Shown here: positions 15,536 through 26,000 of the stretch, in pieces
How positions within the stretch are numbered: position 1 is the first letter of the stretch
How the letters are laid out: each line of letters opens with the position of its first letter
Virus record (IMG/VR): IMGVR_UViG_3300036779_000147
Coordinates: 1-30,642 of that record
DNA from: a virus
Lineage: Duplodnaviria; Caudoviricetes
DNA: 30,642 nt
Direction: 5' to 3' (one strand)
The notes under the pieces: model-generated
What the model was told of the DNA's origin: nothing
Seen by the model: the letters and a program-made list of their open reading frames with translations, nothing else
Databases searched by the model: none
Position numbers and translations under genes: made by a program

Positions 15536-17466
15536 GCGTCGCGATCCTCAAGGGCGGCGCTGACGTTGGCGATCACCGACTTCCAGTCGCGGAATTTCGG
15601 CTGCCGGAAGATTCTCATGGTCGGATACCAGATGCTCGACTCGCCGGTGAGCCCCCAGCGCCAATCGGGATCGTAGGACAACAGCAGCCACACCGGCTTG
15701 CCGAGCGCACCGGCGAGATGCGCGATCGAGGTGTCGACGGTGATGATGAGGTCGAGCGCCATGATCGCGCCAGCGGTGGTGGCGAAGGATTCAAACTGCC
15801 CGGAATGTTCGAGGCTGAAGAACGGCCCGTAGTTTTTGACGAACGGCGCGATCAGCTCGCTCGGGATGTCGCGGGTATAAGGCCGCTCGCTGGTGAGCGA
15901 CCCGACACAGCACAGCCCGACACGAGCGCCGTTGAGCGGATCGCGGCCGTGAGCGAATGGATGATTGCCGTCGCCGCGCCAGTTGGCGATGACCTCGGCA
16001 TCGACGAACAGATAAGGCTTGCCGTCACCCCTGATCTGGTTCTCGCCGACATCGAGCACCACCGGTACCGACGGCAATGGCAGCTGCAACGTGTAGGGCG
16101 GCAGCGTGCGGCGCGAACGATACAGGTCACCTTCATGCGGCAGGTCAAGTGCTTCGCGCGATTGCGGATGATCAAACAGCTCGAACAGCTCAGGCTGCAC
16201 TTCAAGGAACGCGTTGGGCGCGCGATCGTGCACCAAGTCCATGAAGCGGGCGAACATGATCTGGTCGCCAAAGCCCTGCTCGGTCCAGATCAGCACCGGC
16301 TCGTCGGTCGGCGAGCCGTCCCAGCGCGGAATGGCTTCTCGGCATTCTTGTTCGTCACCGGCATCGTCGAGCCGCAAACCGACCCGAAAGTGCTCGCGCG
16401 CGCCGCCGAACATGTGTTTGTTGGCGTGGCCGTAGCGCAGGTCATAACCCTTCCAGCCGTCATGCCAGCGGCCGGCCTGCAGGTCGAGTAGCGCCTTGAT
16501 GTTGAGCGACGCCTTGTGCTCAGGATCAATGGCGAGGTTCTCCTCGATCAGCGCCATCGCCTCGTCGGAGCGCTGCATCAGATTCATGTAATGCGCGGTG
16601 AGCAGCCGCGACATCAGATCGTCGGGAAACTTCTCGGTGACCCGCTGGTAGCGCGCGATCTCGCGATTGAACATGTCGTCGTCTTGACGGATGTCGGCGA
16701 CCTCGTCGAGCCCGGTGATGTCCCACGGCCAGTCGTTGTCGGGAACGCACAGCATCATGATCGAGATCAGCATGCCGAACACGTTGCGCGGCACGCCGCG
16801 GAAGTTGCGCAGATTGTAGTGCGACGGCCGGTGCCAATAGAGCCGATAGCCGTGCTCGACCAGCCACGCGATCAGCGCCTCGCTCTTCTGCTGATCCTCG
16901 TTTTCGATGTAGATGATCGGCTTGTGCGTCGCGATCGTTCCCTCGGCGCCCTTGAGCACCTGCAGCTCGTGGCGATCGACATCGATCTTGATGAAGTTGC
17001 ACTTCGGCAGCTGCAGGCTGTCGATGGTGCGGCACGGTACTTCCAGCTCGCCGACGTTGATCTCGGGGCGGGTATAGGCGTGAAGCGCATCTTGCTTGGA
17101 GACCTTCACCATGCCGATGGTGTCGCTCGCCGCGGCCGGGATCACCACGACGTTCTTGATGCCGTTCTGATTGAGATTTGCTTGCAACAGCGAGACGTTC
17201 TGCACCGACGCCTCGAATGCAACCACCCTGCCGGCGTCGCCGACCAGCTTCGCCATCGGCACCGTGAAGGCGCCGATGTTGGCGCCGATGTCGAGTGCGA
17301 CCTGACCGGGACGAAGACACTTCTCGAAGACGACGACTTCGCCCTCAGAATATTCGCCGTACATCGCGAGCGACATGCCGACGAGTTCGTCTTCGTTGAA
17401 AACCGTGAAGGTGCCGTGGCGGCACTCGAAGGTGTCCGAGGTGAGCGTCGGCTTCGGCTCTAGCAT
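15532..17466 (-). CDS. FkbM-family SAM methyltransferase + TPR + GT-B (GT9-like) glycosyltransferase fusion
   Basis: YGEYSEGE...ALDIGANIGAFT...VVAFEA...IDSL...FIKIDVDRHELQVLKGA (FkbM); helical repeat segment; WDGS...LIWTEQGFGDQIMFARF...LDLIITVDTSIAHLAGALGKPVWLLL...DWRWG...WYPTMRIFRQ (TPR-GT family). Confidence 0.92.
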   Translation of the reverse strand: MLEPKPTLTSDTFECRHGTFTVFNEDELVGMSLAMYGEYSEGEVVVFEKCLRPGQVALDIGANIGAFTVPMAKLVGDAGRVVAFEASVQNVSLLQANLNQNGIKNVVVIPAAASDTIGMVKVSKQDALHAYTRPEINVGELEVPCRTIDSLQLPKCNFIKIDVDRHELQVLKGAEGTIATHKPIIYIENEDQQKSEALIAWLVEHGYRLYWHRPSHYNLRNFRGVPRNVFGMLISIMMLCVPDNDWPWDITGLDEVADIRQDDDMFNREIARYQRVTEKFPDDLMSRLLTAHYMNLMQRSDEAMALIEENLAIDPEHKASLNIKALLDLQAGRWHDGWKGYDLRYGHANKHMFGGAREHFRVGLRLDDAGDEQECREAIPRWDGSPTDEPVLIWTEQGFGDQIMFARFMDLVHDRAPNAFLEVQPELFELFDHPQSREALDLPHEGDLYRSRRTLPPYTLQLPLPSVPVVLDVGENQIRGDGKPYLFVDAEVIANWRGDGNHPFAHGRDPLNGARVGLCCVGSLTSERPYTRDIPSELIAPFVKNYGPFFSLEHSGQFESFATTAGAIMALDLIITVDTSIAHLAGALGKPVWLLLSYDPDWRWGLTGESSIWYPTMRIFRQPKFRDWKSVIANVSAALEDRDA

Positions 17467-17468
17467 GA

Positions 17469-18269
17469 TTATTCCCCTGATGATCGGTAGCGCCGAATTT
17501 TTGGCTCGAATTCGTCAGGCATCTTGTTGCCCTTCGATGCATTGCAGGGGAAACATGCCAGCCGGATATTCTCTGCCGCATTCGTCCCGTCGCGTGAGAG
17601 CGGGATGAAATGATCGACCGTCGGATCGGCCTCCTCGATCAGGTCGACATCGCAGTAAAAACAGATGCCGTCCTGATCCGCAAGAATGCGCTCCAGATCG
17701 GCGACCGTGAAATGTTCGGTCTGACCACGCAACAGCGCTCTCCGCTTCTGCGATAGTACGACTCCCTTGCGGCGCCGATCGTCGAGATTACGAATGCGCC
17801 AGTTGTTCATCGCAGCGCGAATACGCGCCCCGGTGATCGGATCGGCGCGGCGGCGCTTGGCGTAGGCGCTAAGCCACGCACGATAACGAGGCGTATTTTG
17901 GTAGGTGAGGCGTTCGGATTTATGGCGCTGGTAGTTCTCAGCCCGCTCGCGCACGATGCGAGCTTTCACCTCTGGCTGACGCTCGTACTTTTTGCGCCAG
18001 GGGAAGCCAGCTAGACGCTGCTCCTCGCGCCACACCCGTATTGGGGCGTCCTGACGTTCGCGCCATTCCGGATCGATGCGCCGAAGCTCACTCTCCCGCG
18101 CATACCGAGCGGCCTTACGCTCCGGGGTCTTGTTGTAGGCGGCTTGGCGCAATTGAACGCACTTGCGGCATTCGTTGCGCCAACCGTCGGCGGATGATGG
18201 TCGAGGGTGCCAGTACCTCTTGTTGCGGGGTTTCTCCTTCCCGCAAATACGGCAGAGCTTGGTTCGCAT
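17469..18269 (-). CDS. HNH endonuclease with N-terminal Zn finger
   Basis: CRICGKEK...CRKC; long basic helix; QDGICFYC....TVDHFIPLSRDGTNAAENIRLACFPCNASKGNK. Confidence 0.92.
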   Translation of the reverse strand: MRTKLCRICGKEKPRNKRYWHPRPSSADGWRNECRKCVQLRQAAYNKTPERKAARYARESELRRIDPEWRERQDAPIRVWREEQRLAGFPWRKKYERQPEVKARIVRERAENYQRHKSERLTYQNTPRYRAWLSAYAKRRRADPITGARIRAAMNNWRIRNLDDRRRKGVVLSQKRRALLRGQTEHFTVADLERILADQDGICFYCDVDLIEEADPTVDHFIPLSRDGTNAAENIRLACFPCNASKGNKMPDEFEPKIRRYRSSGE

Positions 18270-18275
18270 GAAGCG

Positions 18276-18304
18276 AACATAAGGCGCTGCTGTATTTTTG
18301 GCAA
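18276..18304 (-). promoter_or_regulatory. Putative sigma70-type promoter giving a leaderless HNH transcript
   Basis: Minus strand TTGCCA-N17-TATGTT, with the ATG (18269) only 6 nt after the -10 box and no Shine-Dalgarno. Confidence 0.55.
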
Positions 18305-18331
18305 CACATTCCCGATGACTACTTACTTAGA

Positions 18332-18706
18332 TCATTGATTCGGAATGCGAATATTGAACGAGGTAAGGGTAAATGTGTTCCCCGCGGTGACCACCTGAGC
18401 CGCGCTCAACGTGCCGTGCGCATAGAGCGTGCCGGCGGCGTAGACCGCCCACCACGATGCCGTGCCCGAGGTGGTGATGGTGCCGTCGGTGATCGAGTTC
18501 GACGACACCTGCCGGCCATTGGGCGAGCCCGCTGCGGGCGCACCGAACACGCCGCCGACGCCCCACGATTTGTAGCCGAGCAGGCCGGAGGTCGCGGCAA
18601 TCGCGATCGTGGTCGGCTCGGTCGAGCAGATCGACAGATACGAGGCGAGCGTCGAGAGCTGATTCAGGCCGAAGTCGAGGACAGGATTTTCGAGAGCTGC
18701 GACCAT
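18332..18706 (-). CDS. Small virion structural protein (fibre/baseplate-associated, 124 aa)
   Basis: AAGGAG upstream; beta-rich ITDGTITTSGTASWWAV...GTLSAAQVVTAGNTFTLTSFNIRIP. Confidence 0.78.
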   Translation of the reverse strand: MVAALENPVLDFGLNQLSTLASYLSICSTEPTTIAIAATSGLLGYKSWGVGGVFGAPAAGSPNGRQVSSNSITDGTITTSGTASWWAVYAAGTLYAHGTLSAAQVVTAGNTFTLTSFNIRIPNQ

Positions 18707-18785
18707 AACGGGTCTCCTTGGGTTGCGTGGTCAAAAGGGTAGCGTCGCCCCGCTTGCGGAGCAGTCGCGTCGCAGGAGTTTCTGA

Positions 18786-20027
18786 TTAGCTGGCGCCTAG
18801 CGGCGTCGCCGGTGTCGTTGCGCCGCCCGGCGCATTCGATGGCTGTGCCGGTGCCGCCGGTGGTGCGCCATGCAACGTGTAATAGATATCGCCGCCGCTG
18901 ATCTGGACGGCGTTCACGTCACACCACGTCACATAGCCTTGACGGCTGTAGATGTGCTCGATGGTCGATGCCCAATAGACACCATCGACACCGGGCCGCG
19001 CACCGGACAGTTGGACATAGCAATTCCCCTGCGCGCTGGGCTCACCATTGATGACGATGCGGCCCGGCCCCTGTTGCTGGCCGATGCCATCGTCGTCGCT
19101 CTGATTTTCACCGCCGGCCTGTTGCTCATTGGGTGAGGGCTGCGCACGCATAAACTGCGATGACGCCATGTTGGATGGCGCCGCCTGGGTGGTCGCCTGC
19201 TGGACCTGATTCCACGTTCCACCGCCGACGTTGAAATAATGCTGGCTCGCCGAGCCCCACATCGGCCGCGCCGACAACGGCCGCACCCGCCAGCCGATCA
19301 GATTGATCCCCCATGTCGCGATCACATCCGGCGTAACCGTGCCGTCGATGTTCTGGCCCATCTTGGTGAACTGGCCGATGTTACCACCCTTGACACGAAA
19401 CACCGCCCCCATTTCCTCGGCAAGCCGCTTGGCGAAATGGTAGTAGCTCTCGCCAGCTTGCTGCCAATAGTCGCGCTGCAGCGGCTGCGCATCGAAGTCG
19501 CCATGCACTGAGATCGTATGGCCAGCCTCGCCGGCTGCCGCGGTCAGCGCTTCCGACACCGGGATCATGATCCCGGTCTCCTGACCATCGGTCGCGCCTT
19601 CGCCCCAGTGGTTGTTCTGCGGCTCCTTGCCGCCCCGGAGTTGCTCGGCGCCGAAGCCGTGTATCCACATCCGCCGGCCGCCCTGCTTGCGACCGAAGCC
19701 GTGCTCAATGTCGTGGACGACGCCTTCCCACACCAGCGACGCGCCGCCACCGCGCCAGCCGATGCTGATGTTGAGCGGCGAGTCGATCGGTGGGATTGGC
19801 AGCGTGCCGTCGCGATCGTCGAGTTCGATCTCACACTGGTAGTCTTCGATATGGGCGCCGGTCAGCACTCGCACCATGATCAGGTGCGGATTGACCTTCG
19901 AGGTCACATCCATGCCGGCAACACTGATGGTCACGTCGGCGCGCAGCCGATTGGCTTGTACCGGATCGGCGGCGGCAGAATATGGATCGTAGATGGTGGG
20001 ATCGGCGAGCGTGACGGTGAGCGCCAT
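18786..20027 (-). CDS. P2 GpD-like late control D / baseplate hub protein
   Basis: EIELDDRDG.L.IP....L.I.IGW...GGRRMWI...YWQQAGESY.HF.KRLA.E.GA.FRVKG...G.RPGVDG.Y....IEH; follows GpU-GpX. Confidence 0.88.
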   Translation of the reverse strand: MALTVTLADPTIYDPYSAAADPVQANRLRADVTISVAGMDVTSKVNPHLIMVRVLTGAHIEDYQCEIELDDRDGTLPIPPIDSPLNISIGWRGGGASLVWEGVVHDIEHGFGRKQGGRRMWIHGFGAEQLRGGKEPQNNHWGEGATDGQETGIMIPVSEALTAAAGEAGHTISVHGDFDAQPLQRDYWQQAGESYYHFAKRLAEEMGAVFRVKGGNIGQFTKMGQNIDGTVTPDVIATWGINLIGWRVRPLSARPMWGSASQHYFNVGGGTWNQVQQATTQAAPSNMASSQFMRAQPSPNEQQAGGENQSDDDGIGQQQGPGRIVINGEPSAQGNCYVQLSGARPGVDGVYWASTIEHIYSRQGYVTWCDVNAVQISGGDIYYTLHGAPPAAPAQPSNAPGGATTPATPLGAS

Positions 20028-20299
20028 TAGATGGTGTACCCCTGCTTATCGGTCCACAGGCTGTCCTGACTCTTGATCTGCGGTTTGCCGGCAACGAGAT
20101 CGGGATCGATCGGCACGCGCACATAGGTGCCGACCGGAATGAACGGCGACACCCGATGGCAGAACGCGAGCTGCGGATTGGCGTCGAGCATGGTCTCGAC
20201 GATGCCGATCGCCTTGTTGCGGTAGCGCTTCCACACGATGAGATCGGCGGTGACGTATTCGCTGCCGACCTGCCAAAGCTCGAAACCGGTGATCGCCAT
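20027..20299 (-). CDS. P2 GpX-like tail protein X (LysM-like)
   Basis: From the ATG at 20299: TADLIVWKRY....GIVETMLDANPQLA.....IPVGTYVRVP. Confidence 0.88.
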   Translation of the reverse strand: MAITGFELWQVGSEYVTADLIVWKRYRNKAIGIVETMLDANPQLAFCHRVSPFIPVGTYVRVPIDPDLVAGKPQIKSQDSLWTDKQGYTI

Positions 20300-20835
20300 C
20301 AGCCGCCAGCCCCCGCGGTTTGCCATAGCTGCGAAAAATAGCCGGACGACTCCGGCACTGGAAAACGCGCCATCACCGCCTCGAAGGTGACCTGCTGGCC
20401 GACGCCTTGGGTCGACAGGAATGTATGCGAACGCACCAGCCGCTCGCAGCCGAACCATCCCATCATGATGCCTGGGTTGCCGCGCAGCATCGCATTGACA
20501 ACGCCCTGCGCGCGCATCGACTCGAAGCGCTCCAGATCGCTCATGCCGCCGATACGGTAGGGAAAGATGCGCCCGCGAAAATGCAGCAGCTCGTCGTTCT
20601 CGCCGACCCACTCGCGATAGATCGGCGCACCGGCGATCTCCTTATGCGCCCAGTCAGTCGCGGTCTCGTGGTCGACCTCGTGGATGTTGAGCGGAAAGAC
20701 TTCGAACTGCACGACACCCCAGCTGTAGAGAACCGGACGGCCGCCACCATCGGCGAGCGTCGGTGCCCACCATCCAGAGCCATCGGGCTGGGTGTTGGTG
20801 AAGTCTGGCAGACCAGCTTGTCCACTGTTTGGCAT
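20299..20835 (-). CDS. P2 GpU-like tail protein
   Basis: LYSWGVVQFEVFPLN...DWAHKEIAG....EWVGENDE.....GRIFP...MGWF..ERL; between tape measure and GpX. Confidence 0.88.
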   Translation of the reverse strand: MPNSGQAGLPDFTNTQPDGSGWWAPTLADGGGRPVLYSWGVVQFEVFPLNIHEVDHETATDWAHKEIAGAPIYREWVGENDELLHFRGRIFPYRIGGMSDLERFESMRAQGVVNAMLRGNPGIMMGWFGCERLVRSHTFLSTQGVGQQVTFEAVMARFPVPESSGYFSQLWQTAGAGG

Positions 20836-23042
20836 CAGGCAAATCCTATTTGGCCGGCACCTCTCGCCTGCTGATCGCGTTCAGCGTCGAGATCGCCAAG
20901 TTGTGAAGTATAGCGGGCGGCGCGTTGAAGCTGCCAGCGCGGCGGCGGTTCGACTTCCATCGCGACCTTGATCGGTCGAGATCGCGGTAGCGGCACCGGA
21001 GGTGGCATCGGCGGGCGCGGTGGTGGCAACGGCGGCCGGAATGATGGCTTCGGACCTTCCACCAGCGCGGATGGTGGCCGCGCCTCTGGCCCCGGTCCGG
21101 TCGGTGCTGGACTTGGTGGCCGCGGCGTGCCCTGGGGATCACCATTGCCGGCAGGGTTGGGAGCCCCGCCAGCAGGACCGACATTGAAGCCGCGACCCCA
21201 TTGACTTGCTGGTACGCCCGCCAGCATCGGCCACGGCAGCTCGCCAGCACCCGGCGTGAAAGCGGCACCACGGCGGCCGGGACCGGGCATGGCCATCGAA
21301 TGCACTTCGGCGTCGTTGATCGACTGCATCGTCTTCATGGTGCTCAGGCCGTCACCGCCCATCCCGCCAATGCCACCGGTGCCACTAAACCCGGATGAGG
21401 CGCCGCCGAGCATTTGACTGAGAACGATGTCACCAAGACCGCCGCCGGCGCCGCCCGCAGCACTCACGGCGCCAGCCGCGCCGCCGAGACCGGGCTCACC
21501 TGACGCCGCGAAATAGGTCCGCATAGCATCAGCGACTGTGCTGGCGACATTGCCGGCTGTCGCCGGATCGTTGATGTCGAGTGCACTAATGGCCCCGATC
21601 AACCCGTCATCGGACCCGGGCTCCATGTCGCCGCCACCGCCGCCGGAGAAGAACGCTGGCTTGCCGCCTGCACCGGGCAGCTGCGGTCCGTACGGCTCCC
21701 GTGCGGCCTTGGGCGAATGCGGAAACAACCACCGGCTAAACGGCGTCAACGGCGACCCGAGAGCGCCAGTGTCCTTCCAACGCTCCTGAGTAATGCCGTA
21801 TTTTTCCATCTCCTCGATCGCCGCTCCGGCCTTCTCGGTACCAGCCGTGATCCGCTCGATCTGGTGCGCGATGAATTCGAGGGTCTTGGACGCCGGCAAT
21901 AATCCGCCGATCGCCTCGGACAACGCCAGCAACGCCTCGGTGAGACGGTTGAGTGCGGTTCGCGTCGAGTCCGTCAGCATCGGGTGATCTTTGAACGCGG
22001 TGGCCTTGGTGGTGTTGAGTTCGTGAATGGCTGCGGCGCCCTGCTCCCACGCCTTGATGAAGTCCCTGGTGATCGGATCATTCTGCAGGATCAGTTGGAA
22101 TTGCTTACCAAGCGGATCGGTGCGCGCCATCATCTCGTCGAAGAACTGGGTCAGCGTCAGCTTGCCTTCGCGCAGCCCATTGACCATACGCTGCATCTTC
22201 GAATCGCCTTTGCCGGCGGCAGCCTGCTCGATGACTTTGATCATCGCATCGCCAGCGGCGGTGGCGCTTCCCAGCACCGGCTTGAGCCCGATGATGATGT
22301 TGTTGATCTGGGTTTGCGTGGTGGCGCCGGTGATGCCGAGAGTGCGGTACGATCGCGACACCGCGGCGGCGGCGCTGGTGCCCTTGTCGCCAAGCGTCAG
22401 GTTCGCACGCGCGGCATTTTCGAGGTAGGCGAGCATCTCCGCCGGCTTGACACCGCCGATCAACGCGGTGTTCGCCATGTCGAGCGACGCCCGGAACGAC
22501 GATCCGGTGACCGCCATGTATTGCTGCAGCCCGGCAAAGAACGGCGCCATCTTCGGCGCTTCACCGAGCAGCGTGGCATAGTCGCCAGCGAGATCGGTGA
22601 CGTGCCTGCCGACGGTCGGCGCCAGCTCGCGCCACTCGTGCTCCAACCCCTTGAGCTGATCTTGCGTCACCTTGCCGGTCGCCAGCAGCCGGTTTTCGGC
22701 ATCCTCCATGTCGGCGAATGCCGAGACACCCTTCATCACCAAGCTGGTCAGCTCGCTCGTTGCTGCGGTGATGCCGCCGAGGATGAAGCCACCGGTGAAG
22801 CCTGCGGCGGCGCGGGTCGCCATGCCGAACGCGCCGACGATCTCGTTCTCACCGGGACCGGAGACTGCCTTGGCGAATTTGCCGGCGGCGTTGGTGTAGT
22901 CAGTGACACGCGCCGTGGCGTTTTTCCACGACTGATCGTTGGCGCGGAAGAACTCGGTGGCGCTCTTTGCTGCAACATCGAATGCGTTTTTGGTTTCGAC
23001 CTTGGCGCCGATGGCAACTTTGTTTTCGAGGATGTCGGACAT
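20835..23042 (-). CDS. Tape-measure-like protein, copy 2 (735 aa, Gly/Pro-rich C-terminus)
   Basis: Ala-rich helical N-terminal ~420 aa, canonical position before GpU, clearly paralogous to the upstream gene. Confidence 0.75.
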   Translation of the reverse strand: MSDILENKVAIGAKVETKNAFDVAAKSATEFFRANDQSWKNATARVTDYTNAAGKFAKAVSGPGENEIVGAFGMATRAAAGFTGGFILGGITAATSELTSLVMKGVSAFADMEDAENRLLATGKVTQDQLKGLEHEWRELAPTVGRHVTDLAGDYATLLGEAPKMAPFFAGLQQYMAVTGSSFRASLDMANTALIGGVKPAEMLAYLENAARANLTLGDKGTSAAAAVSRSYRTLGITGATTQTQINNIIIGLKPVLGSATAAGDAMIKVIEQAAAGKGDSKMQRMVNGLREGKLTLTQFFDEMMARTDPLGKQFQLILQNDPITRDFIKAWEQGAAAIHELNTTKATAFKDHPMLTDSTRTALNRLTEALLALSEAIGGLLPASKTLEFIAHQIERITAGTEKAGAAIEEMEKYGITQERWKDTGALGSPLTPFSRWLFPHSPKAAREPYGPQLPGAGGKPAFFSGGGGGDMEPGSDDGLIGAISALDINDPATAGNVASTVADAMRTYFAASGEPGLGGAAGAVSAAGGAGGGLGDIVLSQMLGGASSGFSGTGGIGGMGGDGLSTMKTMQSINDAEVHSMAMPGPGRRGAAFTPGAGELPWPMLAGVPASQWGRGFNVGPAGGAPNPAGNGDPQGTPRPPSPAPTGPGPEARPPSALVEGPKPSFRPPLPPPRPPMPPPVPLPRSRPIKVAMEVEPPPRWQLQRAARYTSQLGDLDAERDQQARGAGQIGFA

Positions 23043-26000
23043 CAGGCGTACCCGATGTCACCGCCGTGGCGGTGGCGGTCGTGGCGGCTCTGCGACATCG
23101 AGGCAATGCGCGACTCGTGACGATCAGGTGGCGGCGCACGCTCGTGCTGGCGCGGATGGGTGACGTTCATCGTCGTCTTGATCGGCTTCGACAGCTCCTC
23201 GCGCTGACGACGGATGTTCTCGTTCTCAGCATGATCACCAGACTTTTCGTCTTCGTAACCTTCGCTGCCGTAGTATTTTGGCGATGTCCCGACATCACTC
23301 GACTTGGCACCGCTCTGAAACTTGCCAAGAATTCGCGTCGAAGCTCCGGTGCCTCGCGGATCACTGTCACGCTGTTTGGCGACATCCTCCATCTCATGCA
23401 TGTACGGCGCGGCGGGGACGCCCTTGTCGAGGCTTGGGCCACCAGCTGGCGGCGGACCGGCGAGCTGCGTCCCGGCATGTAGCTTCGCTAAATGCTCGGT
23501 GCCGTAAATGCTCTGGATCGAGAAGTGGCCGGTGTCTGGACTCTTCCACTTCTCGCCGCCAGACATGCCCCACTTGTCTTCGAGCTTGTCGAGCGTGCCG
23601 CGATTTTGGTTGATCCAACGCTGCACGTCGGGATCGACCACGTTGCGAGAATGCTGCGCCCAGTCGATCGCCATGCCGACCGGATGCTGCGATGGATTGC
23701 CGGGCCGATTGCCATAGCCGCCAAGGCTGTGCACCGGAGCACCGGCGTCGATCATGTCGTTGAAAAAACCCTTGAACTGCTCGGCGACGCGGGCATTGAC
23801 GGTGACCTGTTGGCCGTTCTTGAGTGTGATGGTTTGATGCTGCCCCGACTGTGCTGCACCTCTTGGCGCATTGAATGCCCCACCGTAGCTGCCTGCGCGA
23901 CCCTGAATATCACCGGCAACGGCACCCTCTGGCGCGCCACCAGCTGCCGCTTGGGTGCCGGGCCACGGCGCCGTGCCGGCTTGGCCAGGTCCACCCCCAC
24001 CACCACCACCACCGCCGGCAATATCAACAACACCGCCGCCTCGCACTGCGGCCTGCTGTTGCTCGGTCCACTGACGCGCGTACGCGATACTCTTATAGCC
24101 GCCCCAATTATTGAATCGCTCTCCATTGATGTTAACGCCGACGCCGCCCGCCTGATAATTTGGATCACCGGAGCTGCCTTGATCGGTATACCCTTGAACG
24201 ACATTCGATCCGGCGAGCGCCTGATCAATCAGGCGATCCATCTTGGCCTTCAGCGCCGGGTTTCCCTCGACCTCGCGCATGTGCGAGTAAACGGCGCCAG
24301 TGCGTATCGGACCATAAAAACTCCTTCCGCCGCCGCTCATGCCACCGACCGGACTCATCAACGAGCCACCGCTCATCGACATGCGGTTCATCAGGCTCTC
24401 GACGACGCCCGGTCCGGCGCCAGGATTCTCCGCATGGAGAATCGCGCGCATCATTTTGCGAGTTTCTGGATTCTTCAATTCCTCACCGAACCGCGCACGC
24501 TGCGCCTGCAGATAGGACGATCCACTCAGCGTCGGACCGCCACCACCACCGCCGCCACCGCCGCCAGAGAGATCGTGCGGCGTCATCTGCTCGGCGCGAC
24601 CGTAGCCGGTCGCCGTCGTGGTGCCGGCGATCCGCCCCGCTGGCGCGCTCGTCGGCCATGGCAGCGTCCCGGGGCGGCCAGTGCTGTCACCACCACCACC
24701 GCCACCACCACCACCACCACCGCCGCCGCCGCCGCCACGGCCGCGGTAGCCGCCGCGCCCGCCACCACCGCCACGAGAGCCGCCAACGCCTGGACGAAAG
24801 CCGCCATAGCCGTAGCCGGCACCACCATGGCCGCCGCCGGGTCCCCAGCCTGCACCTGGGCCGCTGCCACCACCACCACCGGGGCCAGGGCCGCCGCCGC
24901 CACCACCGGGGCCGCCCTGCATGCCGGCTTCACCAGCCCATGGATACTCGCCAGCACCGGGCGTGAAAGCGCCGCCATAGCCGCCACCACCACCGCCGCG
25001 CATCGCCATCGCGTGCACGTCAGCGTCGTTCGCTGTTTGGATCGCCGAGGTCGCGGCGGCCACGCTACCGCCCGGGCCAGAGTAGCTGTCACGGCCGCCG
25101 GAGCCGGTGAAATACTGCGCGCCGCCACCACCACCGCCGCCCGGGCCGGCATAGGGCGATTGGTTGCGGCGATCGTCGATGTTCGACGAAGTCGGCCAGC
25201 TGTTGATCCCGAGCGCATCGGGGCGCGAGCCTGGGCCAGAACCGCCGCCGCCACCGCCGCCGCCACTGAAGCGCTGCGGCGTGCCACCAGGGCCAGGGGC
25301 AGCAGCGCCAGGGCGGAAAGTGCCGCGGCCGGGACCGGGGGCAGTCCCTCCCGCCCGCGGAGGAACCGGCCGCACCGCTGGCTTCTGATCCTTCTTGTCG
25401 ATGACGATGCCTTCGAGCCCAAGGCCACGCAGCGCACTGGCTGGTGACAGCTTCGTCAAACCTTCGATCGCATGGGTCAGATGCTCGACGCCGCCTGCGA
25501 TGCCGTGCAGGACGGCAACGGCCGGACGATCGATCAGCTCGCCGAAGGCACGCTGCAGCGCACTGATATCGCCAGTGAGCTGACGAAACGCCTGCGAGGT
25601 GCTCGACTTGAGGATCGGGCTTTCGTCGAGGCCACCGGTCGCCTTGGTGAAATCCTCGACAGCTTTGCGCCCTTGCTGCCAGTTAAGCACCCAGCCCTTG
25701 GTGACAGGGTCCTTTTCGAGGATCGACTGGAAGCTCCGCGCCGCCGGATCGGACCTCTTCATCATGACATCGAAAAACTGATCGAGCGACATCGAGCCGT
25801 CGCGCAGGTACCTGATCATGTCCTGCATGTTGGCGCCGCCCTTGCCGGCAGCGACCTGCTCGATCACCTTGACCAACGCATCAGATGCGTTCTGCACCCC
25901 GCCGACCAGCGGCGCCATCCCGGCAATAGCCGAGCCGATTTGCTTCTGCACCTCAATACCGTTGATGCCGAGATTATGCAGCGCGATCGACGCCTTGGTC

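Noticed and set aside
23990-25270. GGY-rich runs in the tape measure as a second guide array
   Set aside because: The period is 3, not 5, and the runs encode in-frame poly-Gly linkers.
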